A stretch of DNA of 64,000 bases from a virus: IMG/VR virus record IMGVR_UViG_3300005435_000020, positions 36,908-100,907 of that record; one strand, written 5' to 3'. The notes beneath the pieces are model-generated. The model had not been told where the DNA came from and did not search any database. It saw only the letters and a program-made list of their open reading frames with translations. How positions within the stretch are numbered: the first letter of the stretch is position 1; each line of letters starts with the position of its first letter. Positions 36,158-45,251 of the stretch are shown here, piece by piece. The position numbers and the translations under genes were made by a program.

Positions 36158-36166
36158 ATTATACCA
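36158..36166 (-). promoter_or_regulatory. Extended -10 promoter TGgTATAAT
   Basis: Perfect TGnTATAAT in the intergenic gap after the capsid gene. Confidence 0.55.
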
Positions 36167-36181
36167 TAGAGATGTGGCTAT

Positions 36182-37246
36182 TTAGGATAGCGTGACGGTA
36201 ACAAACTCGTCGGGAATGGTGCACTTCCTGGCTGCTCTGGTCCTGATGTTCCGCAGCCACTGATCCACCGTGGGGTCGTAGTACTGGGGCATCAGTTCCA
36301 GCGGGACATACGGCGCATAGATGTAGCCGACACCTTTGGTGCCAAGCAGAAGTTGCGTGGTATTCGGGAATTGTGGAGCCGCGTAGACTTCCCACTGACC
36401 TGCGAAGTCCCCGAAGTGCCGGACACCCATCGCAAAGTCGGTGGCGGCTGCGCCATTCGTCAAGGCGAAGGAGTCAAGCTTGCGGAGCTTCGCGACGGCG
36501 GAAGGATGGCCAACGATGTAGTTGGTCTGGTGGAAACGTCGAAGCTGCACCAACACATCGGCATCCACGATGCTCTGGTAGAGGCGGTTCCTCGCATCCA
36601 GATTCGTCTCGCCGCTGGAGATGGCGCTAGAGTAGGTGACATTCTGCGAAGCATTGGCAAGCATGTCGCTGAGCACAACCCAGTCGATTTCACCGAGGAT
36701 TTCCTGGGCCAGCGCCGCAAGCAAGTCCTGCTCCACGTTGATGTTGCCCATCGCCTGGGCATCCTCAGCCAACTCGGTGCTATACGCAGCCTGGAGAATC
36801 CACTTCTGCGCCGTGATATCGGTGGAGGCGAGGACCATCCTGCCGGTTTTCACGGTGCCAAGCTCAACGTTTGACGCATAGCTGCCGCTGTGGGTCAGGC
36901 TATTCGCGGCATTGTCGGTATAGTGCTTGTAGTACACCCTACCGATGGGGCCAGTCATAGGATAGACCTGGGCAAGCTTCGTGGCGAGAAGCTCAGGGAA
37001 GACCTGATTGATCAGGGGAAACGCAAACTTCGTCGGGAACACCGACAGGGGCAGGTTAGCCGTCGAGGAGTCCTCGTGGACAGCCTCGCGTCGGCGCTGG
37101 TTCTCGCAGAGGACAGCAACCAACTCCTGGCTGCGACGCGGCATGCCGCTGTCCTTGAACATATAGTCGTATTTCTCAACGAGGCGATTGATGTACTTGC
37201 CTCGCAGGGCATCGTTGCCTTCGTAGGATTCGTAAGAGTCTTCCAA
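36182..37246 (-). CDS. Major capsid protein, T4 gp23-like
   Basis: AVLCENQ, PLINQVFPELLA...QVYPMTGPIG, YSTELAEDAQA...EILGEID, YIYAPYVPL, TR. Confidence 0.9.
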   Translation of the reverse strand: MEDSYESYEGNDALRGKYINRLVEKYDYMFKDSGMPRRSQELVAVLCENQRRREAVHEDSSTANLPLSVFPTKFAFPLINQVFPELLATKLAQVYPMTGPIGRVYYKHYTDNAANSLTHSGSYASNVELGTVKTGRMVLASTDITAQKWILQAAYSTELAEDAQAMGNINVEQDLLAALAQEILGEIDWVVLSDMLANASQNVTYSSAISSGETNLDARNRLYQSIVDADVLVQLRRFHQTNYIVGHPSAVAKLRKLDSFALTNGAAATDFAMGVRHFGDFAGQWEVYAAPQFPNTTQLLLGTKGVGYIYAPYVPLELMPQYYDPTVDQWLRNIRTRAARKCTIPDEFVTVTLS

Positions 37247-37288
37247 CGTAGTTACCTGGAAATGCCGCGAGTGGCGGCAACAAAAGAC

Positions 37289-39163
37289 TTAGACGGGGAG
37301 CCCCCGCAACTGACGGAAATGAATCTCCTCTTTCGTGTAGCGAGGAGTGTCGGTGGATTCCTTCGTAACAGCACCACGGCTCTGGACAGCAGGCTTGTCG
37401 CCGCTGTTCCGCAGCGTGATGCCAGATTTCACCTTCTCAAACTGCTCATCGACGTCGGCAATGGTGTTTGCACTCTTGCGGAGCACATTTGCTATCGCCT
37501 TGCCGAATCTCTCATCAGCCGTCTTCGCGGCGATGTGGGACTCAAGTCGGCTCTTGTGGTAGGACTGCACCAACGTGTGCAGGATGTCTCGCAGCCCTTC
37601 CGCAGCCTCCGTCTTCGCCAGTCGATTCTGCTTGCTCTCTCCAGCGTCGCCGGCATCTTCCATGTCGTCTGCCGCGTCATCCATGACGTCGCAGACCTGA
37701 CGCCACGAAACCTCTTGGCCCATCGCCGCAAGGAAACTCGCGTCATCCCAATCGTTGTCGCCAAGCTCAGCGACGAGTGCCGTCTTGATGGCGGCAAGGA
37801 AGGTCAGGAGGGAGTCTGCGTTTTCCAACACAGGCTTGAGATGGGACTCCAGCGTGGCGACGCGACTCCGGCTCTCGGCCAATGCGGATTCGGCACTGGC
37901 AAGTTTCTCCTCCGCTTCAGTCAGCTTGATGCCTAGCTCTACGACTTTTTCTGTCGTTGCCGATTCCTTTTGGGCACCTTCTGCGTTGGCCTTGCCTTCT
38001 GCGGCGGGAGTTTCGGTGGAAGCCTCAAGCGTGGTCTCCGATGGTGTGACGGCTTCTCCGACGTCGATGCCAGCCGTCTTGGCGATGCCTTGCGCCTTCT
38101 TGATCAGTGCATCCTTCTCGGCTTGCGAGAGGCCCTTGGCCTGGGGGATGCGAGATAAAGCATTCTTGATGTGTGCAGGATCAACCTTGCCGTCTTTGTC
38201 CTTGTAAGGGAATTTCCTGACGTCACCCTTCACGTAGAGGAAGGCGCTGTCGGGAAGGGCATCCTTGTAGGCGGTGGACCAGACGGCTTCGTTGACGATG
38301 GACTCGTCATCCGAGTCGTCAATGCTCTCAGGCGTGGCGGAAGTCTTCGGCGGGGCACCATCGGCATTACTATTGATGGGTGCCGTCTCGGGAGCCGGTG
38401 GCTCCTTGCCGCCAGCGGGATACTCTCGCTGGGCATTGGCCTCGTCGGGAGGAAGATTCTGCGGGTCATCAGGCTTGCCCTGCGGGGTCTTCACCGCCGT
38501 AGGCTGCGGCGTGTCCTTCTCAGGGTCCTTCGGGGTGCCGTCTTCGCTGGTGCCAGACGACTCCGCGACAACCTGATCAATAAGCTCATCAAGCTTATCT
38601 TCGGATATCTTCATGATCTTGTGTTCTATTCTGTCTATGACGCGGTTGAGGGCTTCGAGGCTGCGTATTCTCGCGTCAGCGACGGAAGGCTCAACAACAG
38701 CATCGAAGGTTACGAGTTCAAAGTCTGGCTGGATGATACTTGCGTTTTCACCCTTCCATTGGCCCCTCTCCATCGTTGCATAGCCGCGAGAAGAGATGCC
38801 GACTTCGACGCCAGCCCTAATCAGGGCTTCGAGGTCTTTGCCCCGCGAAGTCCCGAGAACCTCAGCTTCAAACAATACATCACTACCATCAATACTCAGG
38901 CTGGTAAACTTGAGTGCCAAGTCCTCAACGCGAGGTTCACGATGTGGGTGATTGACTGCACCTATTCTGTCACTTCGGCTCAATCCACCCTCTACCATCC
39001 TGGAAATCTCTCTTTCCATCGTGGCCTTGGGGTAGACCCTGCCGTTTTTATTCAACACATCGACTTGCGACGCCACACCGGCGATGGTGAGCCTGCCGGA
39101 TTGCTGCGTGGCGGTTTCGATGACGCGAAGCCGCTGATAGTTGGTTTCAACTACGAGGTCCAT
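37289..39163 (-). CDS. Prohead protease (T4 gp21-like) fused to scaffold (gp22-like)
   Basis: NKNGRVYPK, GAVNHP, T.RGK, GISSRGY, DFELVTFDAVVEPS; acidic coiled-coil C-terminus; internal ALPDSAF...FPYKD...HIKNALSR domain. Confidence 0.9.
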   Translation of the reverse strand: MDLVVETNYQRLRVIETATQQSGRLTIAGVASQVDVLNKNGRVYPKATMEREISRMVEGGLSRSDRIGAVNHPHREPRVEDLALKFTSLSIDGSDVLFEAEVLGTSRGKDLEALIRAGVEVGISSRGYATMERGQWKGENASIIQPDFELVTFDAVVEPSVADARIRSLEALNRVIDRIEHKIMKISEDKLDELIDQVVAESSGTSEDGTPKDPEKDTPQPTAVKTPQGKPDDPQNLPPDEANAQREYPAGGKEPPAPETAPINSNADGAPPKTSATPESIDDSDDESIVNEAVWSTAYKDALPDSAFLYVKGDVRKFPYKDKDGKVDPAHIKNALSRIPQAKGLSQAEKDALIKKAQGIAKTAGIDVGEAVTPSETTLEASTETPAAEGKANAEGAQKESATTEKVVELGIKLTEAEEKLASAESALAESRSRVATLESHLKPVLENADSLLTFLAAIKTALVAELGDNDWDDASFLAAMGQEVSWRQVCDVMDDAADDMEDAGDAGESKQNRLAKTEAAEGLRDILHTLVQSYHKSRLESHIAAKTADERFGKAIANVLRKSANTIADVDEQFEKVKSGITLRNSGDKPAVQSRGAVTKESTDTPRYTKEEIHFRQLRGLPV

Positions 39164-39182
39164 GGGGTTTCCTAGGAAAGCC

Positions 39183-39827
39183 TTACGAAGGAGGGATGGG
39201 ATCGGTGGAGGTGACCCACTGCGAGTTGAGGGTGGACCATCTCACGTAGGACTGGTAGAAGAGGCCACCGACGTTGTAGTGCAAGGCGAAGTAGCCGGTG
39301 GTGAGTTGCAACGTGAAGCTGCCGTCACCCGCCGTCGTGGTCTTCGCTATCACGGTTTGCAGGTCAACGATGGCGCTTTGGTCCGGTGCCAGGGCATCCT
39401 GCGCCTTGTAGGCGTAGACAACCACGCCAGCCTGCGGCACACCCGCGAGGGTGACGGTATTCGAGTAGGAGAGGCCACCACTCCCAGCGCCGATGCTGAT
39501 GTCTTGGCCTTTGTTGGCGAGGTTCATGATCCTGTCGAAGACGCTGCCCCCGACGCGGTACACGCTATCCACGTAGGCTTTGGTGGTGGTTTCGTAGATG
39601 CTGACGATGTAGACGCCGGGTATGGTAGGCGTGAAGGTGTAGGTGTAGATGCCTGCGGAAGTGCCATCGGCAGTCACCGTGATCTGGCTGGAGATGTCGG
39701 CACCGTTGGGGTCCCTCGCCAGCGGCTGGAAGACGGCAGAGCTTGTGACCCTGTTCCCCGTGGTGGGATTGATGAGAGAGAATTTCTCAACAATCGGGAC
39801 GCCAATAACGTAGCCATTATCTGCCAT
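39183..39827 (-). CDS. Putative virion structural protein (Ig-like plus carboxypeptidase-regulatory-like); paralogue of 50495-51175
   Basis: GIYTYTFTP..PGVY, RIMNLANKGQ, TTTAGDGSFTLQL..GY. Confidence 0.65.
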   Translation of the reverse strand: MADNGYVIGVPIVEKFSLINPTTGNRVTSSAVFQPLARDPNGADISSQITVTADGTSAGIYTYTFTPTIPGVYIVSIYETTTKAYVDSVYRVGGSVFDRIMNLANKGQDISIGAGSGGLSYSNTVTLAGVPQAGVVVYAYKAQDALAPDQSAIVDLQTVIAKTTTAGDGSFTLQLTTGYFALHYNVGGLFYQSYVRWSTLNSQWVTSTDPIPPS

Positions 39828-39874
39828 CGGTGACTCCGAGGTAAGCGACATATCTTTCGATACAACAACACCCG

Positions 39875-42800
39875 TTACGCATAGGAAGCCCTGATATACC
39901 ATTTCGAGGTGCCGTCGCTGTAGATAGCCACGGCTTGATACTGGGAAGCCAGCACCAACGTCGCCAAGCCATCGATGGTGTCGGAGCCTGCCGCTGCGAC
40001 AACGACGCTATTGCCACTCGCGGTGTCTATTCTCTTGAATTCGTAGACCCTCCCCTTCACCACGGCGCTGGCGGCGGGGAGTGTGAAGGTGACGGAACCA
40101 GATGTCGCATCCCCGAGGAGGATGGCGTCACCCGTGGTGACCGTGTAGGAAGACGTCTTCGACGCGAGGGAGACGGCGATGCCTGCACCCGCAAACTCAC
40201 CGGCTGCCGTGACTTTGGCCTTGCCGACACCCAGTACTTGCAAGTCGAGGAGGTTGCCAGCGAATGCGGTGGGAGCATTGATGGCAAGCACAGTGCCGCT
40301 GGATGAGCCCACGAAGTGCCCACCCGTGGAGCCGTCGAAAGCGCCGCTTCCGAGGTTCAGGAGGCCATAGTTTGCCGTCGCCGTCACTGCGGTGGGGAAG
40401 ATGATCCTGTCCGTGTAGAGTGTCTGGAGTGTGGTGCCGGTGACCTGGATGTTCCCCGGAGAGGTGCTGAGATTGATGGAAGACAGCGAGAGTGTCCCGC
40501 TGATAGTCCCCGCCACCGTCAGATTGCCGGAGGCGTCTACCTTGAATTTCGAGGAACCTGCGAGTTGTGCATCTATCAGGTTGCCAGTGTACCCCGATGC
40601 CGTATTGATGGCCAACACGGTGCCATTGGCGGAACCGACAAAATGACCGGCGGAAGACCCGTCGTAGGGGGCATTCCCGAGGCTCAATAAGCCGATGGTG
40701 GTGCCATAGACGGTGGAGGATATCCTTGCCCAGATTGCGGAGGTGCTATCCTGCCATTGCTGCAAATCTGCGGTTTGCGACGCCATCCCCTTCACGACGA
40801 AGAGGGGAGACGCGACATTGTTCCGCTGGCTCAGCGTCGTGGTGGTGCCGCTGACGTCGAGGAGGGGGCCATTATTCGCGGCATTGACGATGCTAGTGCC
40901 CAAGAGTGTGGGGACCGTCACGCCACCCGTCGCGGAGACCTTGAATTTGGAGACGCCTTGCACCTGCAAATCCACGAGGTTCCCCACGTATCCCGTCGCC
41001 GTATTGATGGCGAGGTAAGTCCCACTCGCGGAGCCGACGAAGAAACCCGTGGTAGTGCCATCGAAAGCGCCATTGCCGAGGCTGAGCCTGCCGTAATTCG
41101 CAGACGCCGTGGGTGCCGTGGGGTGGAGGACCCTATCCGTGTACAGGGTCATCACCGTGGTACCCGTGACTTGCAAGTTGCCGGGGTTAGAGGAGAAGTT
41201 GATCCCCGTGAAGGAGAAGGTCCCCGTGATGGTCCCGGCAGCCGTCACATTACCGCTTGCATCCACCTTGAATTTGGAGACGCCAGCAACCTGTGCATCC
41301 GCGAGATTGCCGCCGAAACCGCTGGGTGCATTGAAGCCGACGAGGGTGCCGCTGCTGGACCCCACGAAGTGGCCTGCGGCTGCGCCATCCCAAGCGCCAC
41401 TGCCGACACTCACGGTGCCATAGTTTGCGGAAGCAGCCACGGCGGTGCCGAAGATGGTCCTATCCGTGTACAGCGTCTGGACGGTAGTGCCAGTGACCTG
41501 GAGATTGCCGGGGGACGCCGAGAAGTTGACACCCGTCACGCTGAAGGAGCCGGTGATGGTGCCAGCGACGGTGAGGTTCCCCGAAGCGTCTACCTTGAAT
41601 TTGGAGACACCCGCGACTTCCGCATTGAGCAAGTCACCCGTATAGCCGGTGGCGGGGTTGATGGCGAGGGCAGTACCCTGTGCATTCCCGACGAAGTGAC
41701 CTGCCGTCACACCATCGAAGGTGCCATTGCCGAGGTTCAGTTGCCCATAATTGGCGGAAGCCGTGATGACAGCAGGATGGATGGTCCTGTCGGTGTAGAG
41801 GGTCTGCACCGTGGTGCCGGTGACTTGCAGGTTGCCAGGATTCGACGTGAGGTTGACGCCAGCCTGCGAGAAGGTACCCGTGATGGTGCCAGCCACGATG
41901 AGGTTGCCGGAGGCATCGAGGCTTGCCTTCGACACGCCATTGACCTGTGCATCGAGGAGGTTGCCAGTGAAGCCGGTGGGCGCATTCAGCGCCTGGAGGG
42001 TGCCATTTGCGCTGCCAGCGAAGTGACCCGTGGTAGTACCATCGAATGGTGCAGACCCTGTATTGACGGTGCCATAATTCGCCGTCGCCGTGACAGCGGT
42101 GCCCTGGATGATCCTATCCGTGTACAAGGTGAGCAGCGTGGTGCCGGTGACCTGTATCGTGGAGGGGTTGGTGGAAAGGTTGATATTCGAGAGGGAGAAG
42201 CTATTGACGGCGAGGCTATTGCCGACGATGTTGCCGCCGCTGTCTACCTTGAATTTCGAGGTGCCATTGATCTGTATATTGATCAGGTCACCGCTGAATG
42301 CCGAGACAGCGTTGCCAGCCAGGAGGCTCCCATTCGCGGAGCCCACATAGTGTCCCGCCGAAGTGCCGTCGAATGGCCCGCCGCCGAGACTGAGGAGGCC
42401 ATAGTTGGCAGTGGCTGTGACGGTGTGGGGGAAGACGGTCCTATCCGTGTAGAGTGTGGCAACCGTGGTGCCGCTGATCTGGAGATTTGCGGGGGAGGCA
42501 TTGAAGTTGATGTTATTCGTCGCCAGCGTCGCAACGGAGAAGCCAGCCACCGTGAGGGTGCCGCTTCCATCGACTTTGAATTTCGAGACACCCGCAACCT
42601 GCAAATCCACGAGGTTGCCTGCGTAGGCGGCGGGGGCATTGAGGGCAATGTGGGTGCCGGATGCGCTACCGATGAAGTTGGTCCCGCCACCCGCGAAGCC
42701 GCCACTCCCTAAGTTGAGGAGGCCATTATTCGCCGTGGAAGGTGGCAGAGTCTGGGCATTGACGACGGAGCTTGTCGTGATGGCCCCTGCGCTGAGGGAG

Positions 42801-43156
42801 CCTGCCGCGACGACGTTGCCACCCGACGAGATGGAGAGCTTGCTACTCCCCGCAACCTGCACATCGAGGAGGTTCCCTGCGAAACCAGACGCAGCATTGG
42901 CGGCGATGACGGTACCGGATGAGGAGCCGACGAAATGACCAGCGGAAGAGCCGTCGAAGGCTCCGGTGCCGTGGTTGGCCTGCCCATAGTTGGCGGTGGA
43001 GGTGATAGTAACCAGCGCAATGCGCCTGTCGGCGTAGTACCTCTCCACGCTGGTGCCATTGATCTGCAAATCGCCGGGAGCAGACGGGAAGTTGACAGCC
43101 GTTGCAGTGCCGCCACTGCCCCCGCCGCCTGTGCCTGGATACCAAAGATTTGCCAC
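39875..43156 (-). CDS. Long repetitive fibre-like protein (1093 aa, G/S/T/A/N-rich)
   Basis: About nine copies of a ~100-aa unit; C-terminal domain shared with 47566-48018. Confidence 0.8.
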   Translation of the reverse strand: MANLWYPGTGGGGSGGTATAVNFPSAPGDLQINGTSVERYYADRRIALVTITSTANYGQANHGTGAFDGSSAGHFVGSSSGTVIAANAASGFAGNLLDVQVAGSSKLSISSGGNVVAAGSLSAGAITTSSVVNAQTLPPSTANNGLLNLGSGGFAGGGTNFIGSASGTHIALNAPAAYAGNLVDLQVAGVSKFKVDGSGTLTVAGFSVATLATNNINFNASPANLQISGTTVATLYTDRTVFPHTVTATANYGLLSLGGGPFDGTSAGHYVGSANGSLLAGNAVSAFSGDLINIQINGTSKFKVDSGGNIVGNSLAVNSFSLSNINLSTNPSTIQVTGTTLLTLYTDRIIQGTAVTATANYGTVNTGSAPFDGTTTGHFAGSANGTLQALNAPTGFTGNLLDAQVNGVSKASLDASGNLIVAGTITGTFSQAGVNLTSNPGNLQVTGTTVQTLYTDRTIHPAVITASANYGQLNLGNGTFDGVTAGHFVGNAQGTALAINPATGYTGDLLNAEVAGVSKFKVDASGNLTVAGTITGSFSVTGVNFSASPGNLQVTGTTVQTLYTDRTIFGTAVAASANYGTVSVGSGAWDGAAAGHFVGSSSGTLVGFNAPSGFGGNLADAQVAGVSKFKVDASGNVTAAGTITGTFSFTGINFSSNPGNLQVTGTTVMTLYTDRVLHPTAPTASANYGRLSLGNGAFDGTTTGFFVGSASGTYLAINTATGYVGNLVDLQVQGVSKFKVSATGGVTVPTLLGTSIVNAANNGPLLDVSGTTTTLSQRNNVASPLFVVKGMASQTADLQQWQDSTSAIWARISSTVYGTTIGLLSLGNAPYDGSSAGHFVGSANGTVLAINTASGYTGNLIDAQLAGSSKFKVDASGNLTVAGTISGTLSLSSINLSTSPGNIQVTGTTLQTLYTDRIIFPTAVTATANYGLLNLGSGAFDGSTGGHFVGSSSGTVLAINAPTAFAGNLLDLQVLGVGKAKVTAAGEFAGAGIAVSLASKTSSYTVTTGDAILLGDATSGSVTFTLPAASAVVKGRVYEFKRIDTASGNSVVVAAAGSDTIDGLATLVLASQYQAVAIYSDGTSKWYIRASYA
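40180..43100 (-). repeat. Degenerate ~300-bp coding tandem repeat
   Basis: Recurring NLQVTGTT..TLYTDR / ANYG.L.LG...FDG...GHFVGS / GNL.D.QV.GVSKFKVD; DNA 'ttgaattt' recurs within it. Confidence 0.85.
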
Positions 43157-43165
43157 TGATCTACC

Positions 43166-44827
43166 TTACGACATACCAACCGCAGAAGCGATTTGCACCC
43201 AGTTAGTACCGTCTACGTTGAGAAACGTGATGGAGTTCTTCTTATTCGCCGTGGTGGTGGGGGACCAGTTCTGGTGGAAGTTGGTGCCAAAACTCGTGAC
43301 CCTGCCTCCGGTGGCGTCTTGTGTGAGAATATACGTCAACTGGCAGCCTGCGTGGCCCGTCACCGGATTGGCAAGCGTAATGGCCCCCGTCAGCGTGATG
43401 CTCACGAAGCCGCCACTATAGGGATTGACGGCCACGGAAGCCGCATACGCAGGAGTCTCCGTCCCAAGTTGGTTGTTGATGATGATGGTGTTGCCACCCG
43501 CCCAGCCGCCGTTGCCATTATTGATGAAATGCAGGCTATCCGCGAAATACCCCTGGGCCTGGATGTAGTTACCGCCGGATGAGCCAGCAAACTCCACGAT
43601 TTGGTCCAGATGGCTGCCCCCGTAGGGAGGAGTACCGCCTACAAACCTATCCAAGGCGACGAAACCCGTGATGGAGTTGAAGTTGCCGTTATTGATCTTT
43701 ATGGCGGCGTGGGTCGTGGAGGTGCCATTATTGCAGCTATCAGCGTTGCACCCCGACATGACCTGATTGCTGGCACCGTCGAGGTAATAGCCCTCCATGG
43801 CGCAGTCTTGTGCATCGCAAGAAGAAAGGAAATTCGGCTGGATATTGCCAGGATTGATGTGCCAGCCCCACCCCGACGCGGAGACGGAGCCGGTGAGGTT
43901 CCCCGCCAGGTTCCCCTTGCAGTTGACGAAGTGGTTATTGCCGCCGAGTATCGCCCAGCACTCCAGTTGGCACTGTGTGACGTCGCAGTTGACGAAGTAG
44001 TTGTCGATGGTGCAGACAATGCCCCTACCAACAGCGGAATACACGAAAATATCGCTGAAGACGTTGGTGGACTCCGAGGTAAGCTGGAGACCATCACCCG
44101 CCGTGTCCCTCACATAAATATTATGGATGGACTGCCTGGCTTCGGCGGATTCGTCGGTATTCACCAAGTCAACGCCGGAGAACACTGTGTTCCACACCAC
44201 TCCATGGCAGGCAGTAGGCGTCGTGCCCTGGCAGACTCGGTTTCCCTGTATGGTGATGTTCTCAAGGCCAAGCTGCCTGGCGTGGCTGTCCCCCTGGATC
44301 ATGGCTGCGCCGATGTCTGGCGCTGCACACAAGATGACGTGTTTACCGGCACCCTTGATGGTGGTGTGGTGGTACTGCGTCAGTGTGCTGCTGATAATCG
44401 TGGAAGCGGGGATGAACACCACGGCACCGTCTTCTTGCGCCGTCGTCTTCGCCGCCGTGTGGGCAGCCGTCAGTGCAGCCTGTATCGCCGCCGTGTCGTC
44501 GGTGCCCCAGAAAAGCGTGGAGATGTTGGGAGACGCGGGGGAGCTTGCCGTCGCGTTACCGGAGAGGGTGATCTGCGTGGCTGATTGCACAGAGGCGATG
44601 GTGACGTTTTTCACCACCACGGAATAATTCTGGAAGTTGATGATCCACGCCTTCTTGCCGACATCGGCAGACGTGAAGTTTGCGGTGGCAGACGTGACGA
44701 TGGCAGAGCCAGACGTTGCGACGGCATCCTGCACCTGTTTCAAGTCGCATTTTGCGCCGAATCGTGTCACATCGAGGTATTGTTGTGACCAGGGAGATGC
44801 TGGGAAGACAACCTTCTGGAGGGCCAT
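43166..44827 (-). CDS. Beta-helix (pectate-lyase-like) tailspike or depolymerase
   Basis: DVTRFGAK, TDDTAAIQAAL, VVFIP, Asn/Cys ladder; C-terminal LTQDATGGR domain. Confidence 0.85.
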   Translation of the reverse strand: MALQKVVFPASPWSQQYLDVTRFGAKCDLKQVQDAVATSGSAIVTSATANFTSADVGKKAWIINFQNYSVVVKNVTIASVQSATQITLSGNATASSPASPNISTLFWGTDDTAAIQAALTAAHTAAKTTAQEDGAVVFIPASTIISSTLTQYHHTTIKGAGKHVILCAAPDIGAAMIQGDSHARQLGLENITIQGNRVCQGTTPTACHGVVWNTVFSGVDLVNTDESAEARQSIHNIYVRDTAGDGLQLTSESTNVFSDIFVYSAVGRGIVCTIDNYFVNCDVTQCQLECWAILGGNNHFVNCKGNLAGNLTGSVSASGWGWHINPGNIQPNFLSSCDAQDCAMEGYYLDGASNQVMSGCNADSCNNGTSTTHAAIKINNGNFNSITGFVALDRFVGGTPPYGGSHLDQIVEFAGSSGGNYIQAQGYFADSLHFINNGNGGWAGGNTIIINNQLGTETPAYAASVAVNPYSGGFVSITLTGAITLANPVTGHAGCQLTYILTQDATGGRVTSFGTNFHQNWSPTTTANKKNSITFLNVDGTNWVQIASAVGMS

Positions 44828-44881
44828 CGCACCATAAAGAGAGATGGCACCAGAGTCTTCTCTGGTGCCAACGTGGCGAGA

Positions 44882-45166
44882 TTACGCGGTAGGCGGGACT
44901 GCCGGAGTAGTCGCGGGTGCCGGAGTCGGAGCCGGTGGGTTGAGCTTGGCGAGGATGCCATTGATCTCGTCAAGCACCGACTGGTGCTCAGCCGCAGAAG
45001 ACGTCTCAGCCTTCGAGATGCCATCCTGATCCTGGGACTGCTTGGCGAGATTGTCTCGATTCGTCGCAGCCGTGGCGGCGTTGGCGGTGTGGGTGTCCAC
45101 GATGCCCTTGATCTTGTCCCTCACGGAGGTCAAGTCGGTGACTACCTGCTGGTCATTCGGGTCCAT
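44882..45166 (-). CDS. Small coiled-coil protein with Pro-rich tail
   Basis: SD aagga plus ATG. Confidence 0.7.
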   Translation of the reverse strand: MDPNDQQVVTDLTSVRDKIKGIVDTHTANAATAATNRDNLAKQSQDQDGISKAETSSAAEHQSVLDEINGILAKLNPPAPTPAPATTPAVPPTA

Positions 45167-45251
45167 GGTATCCTTATGAAGAGAACACTAGCATAGCGCC
45201 AGTATTATTCCTTACGTCTCTTACAACGGCACTGGGAGGGGAGGCGACGCA

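Noticed and set aside
40757-42712. 651-aa + strand ORF and other long antisense ORFs (e.g. 36890-37936, 26994-28130, 38171-39175)
   Set aside because: They are shadows of GC3-rich minus-strand genes, with no SD or recognisable motifs
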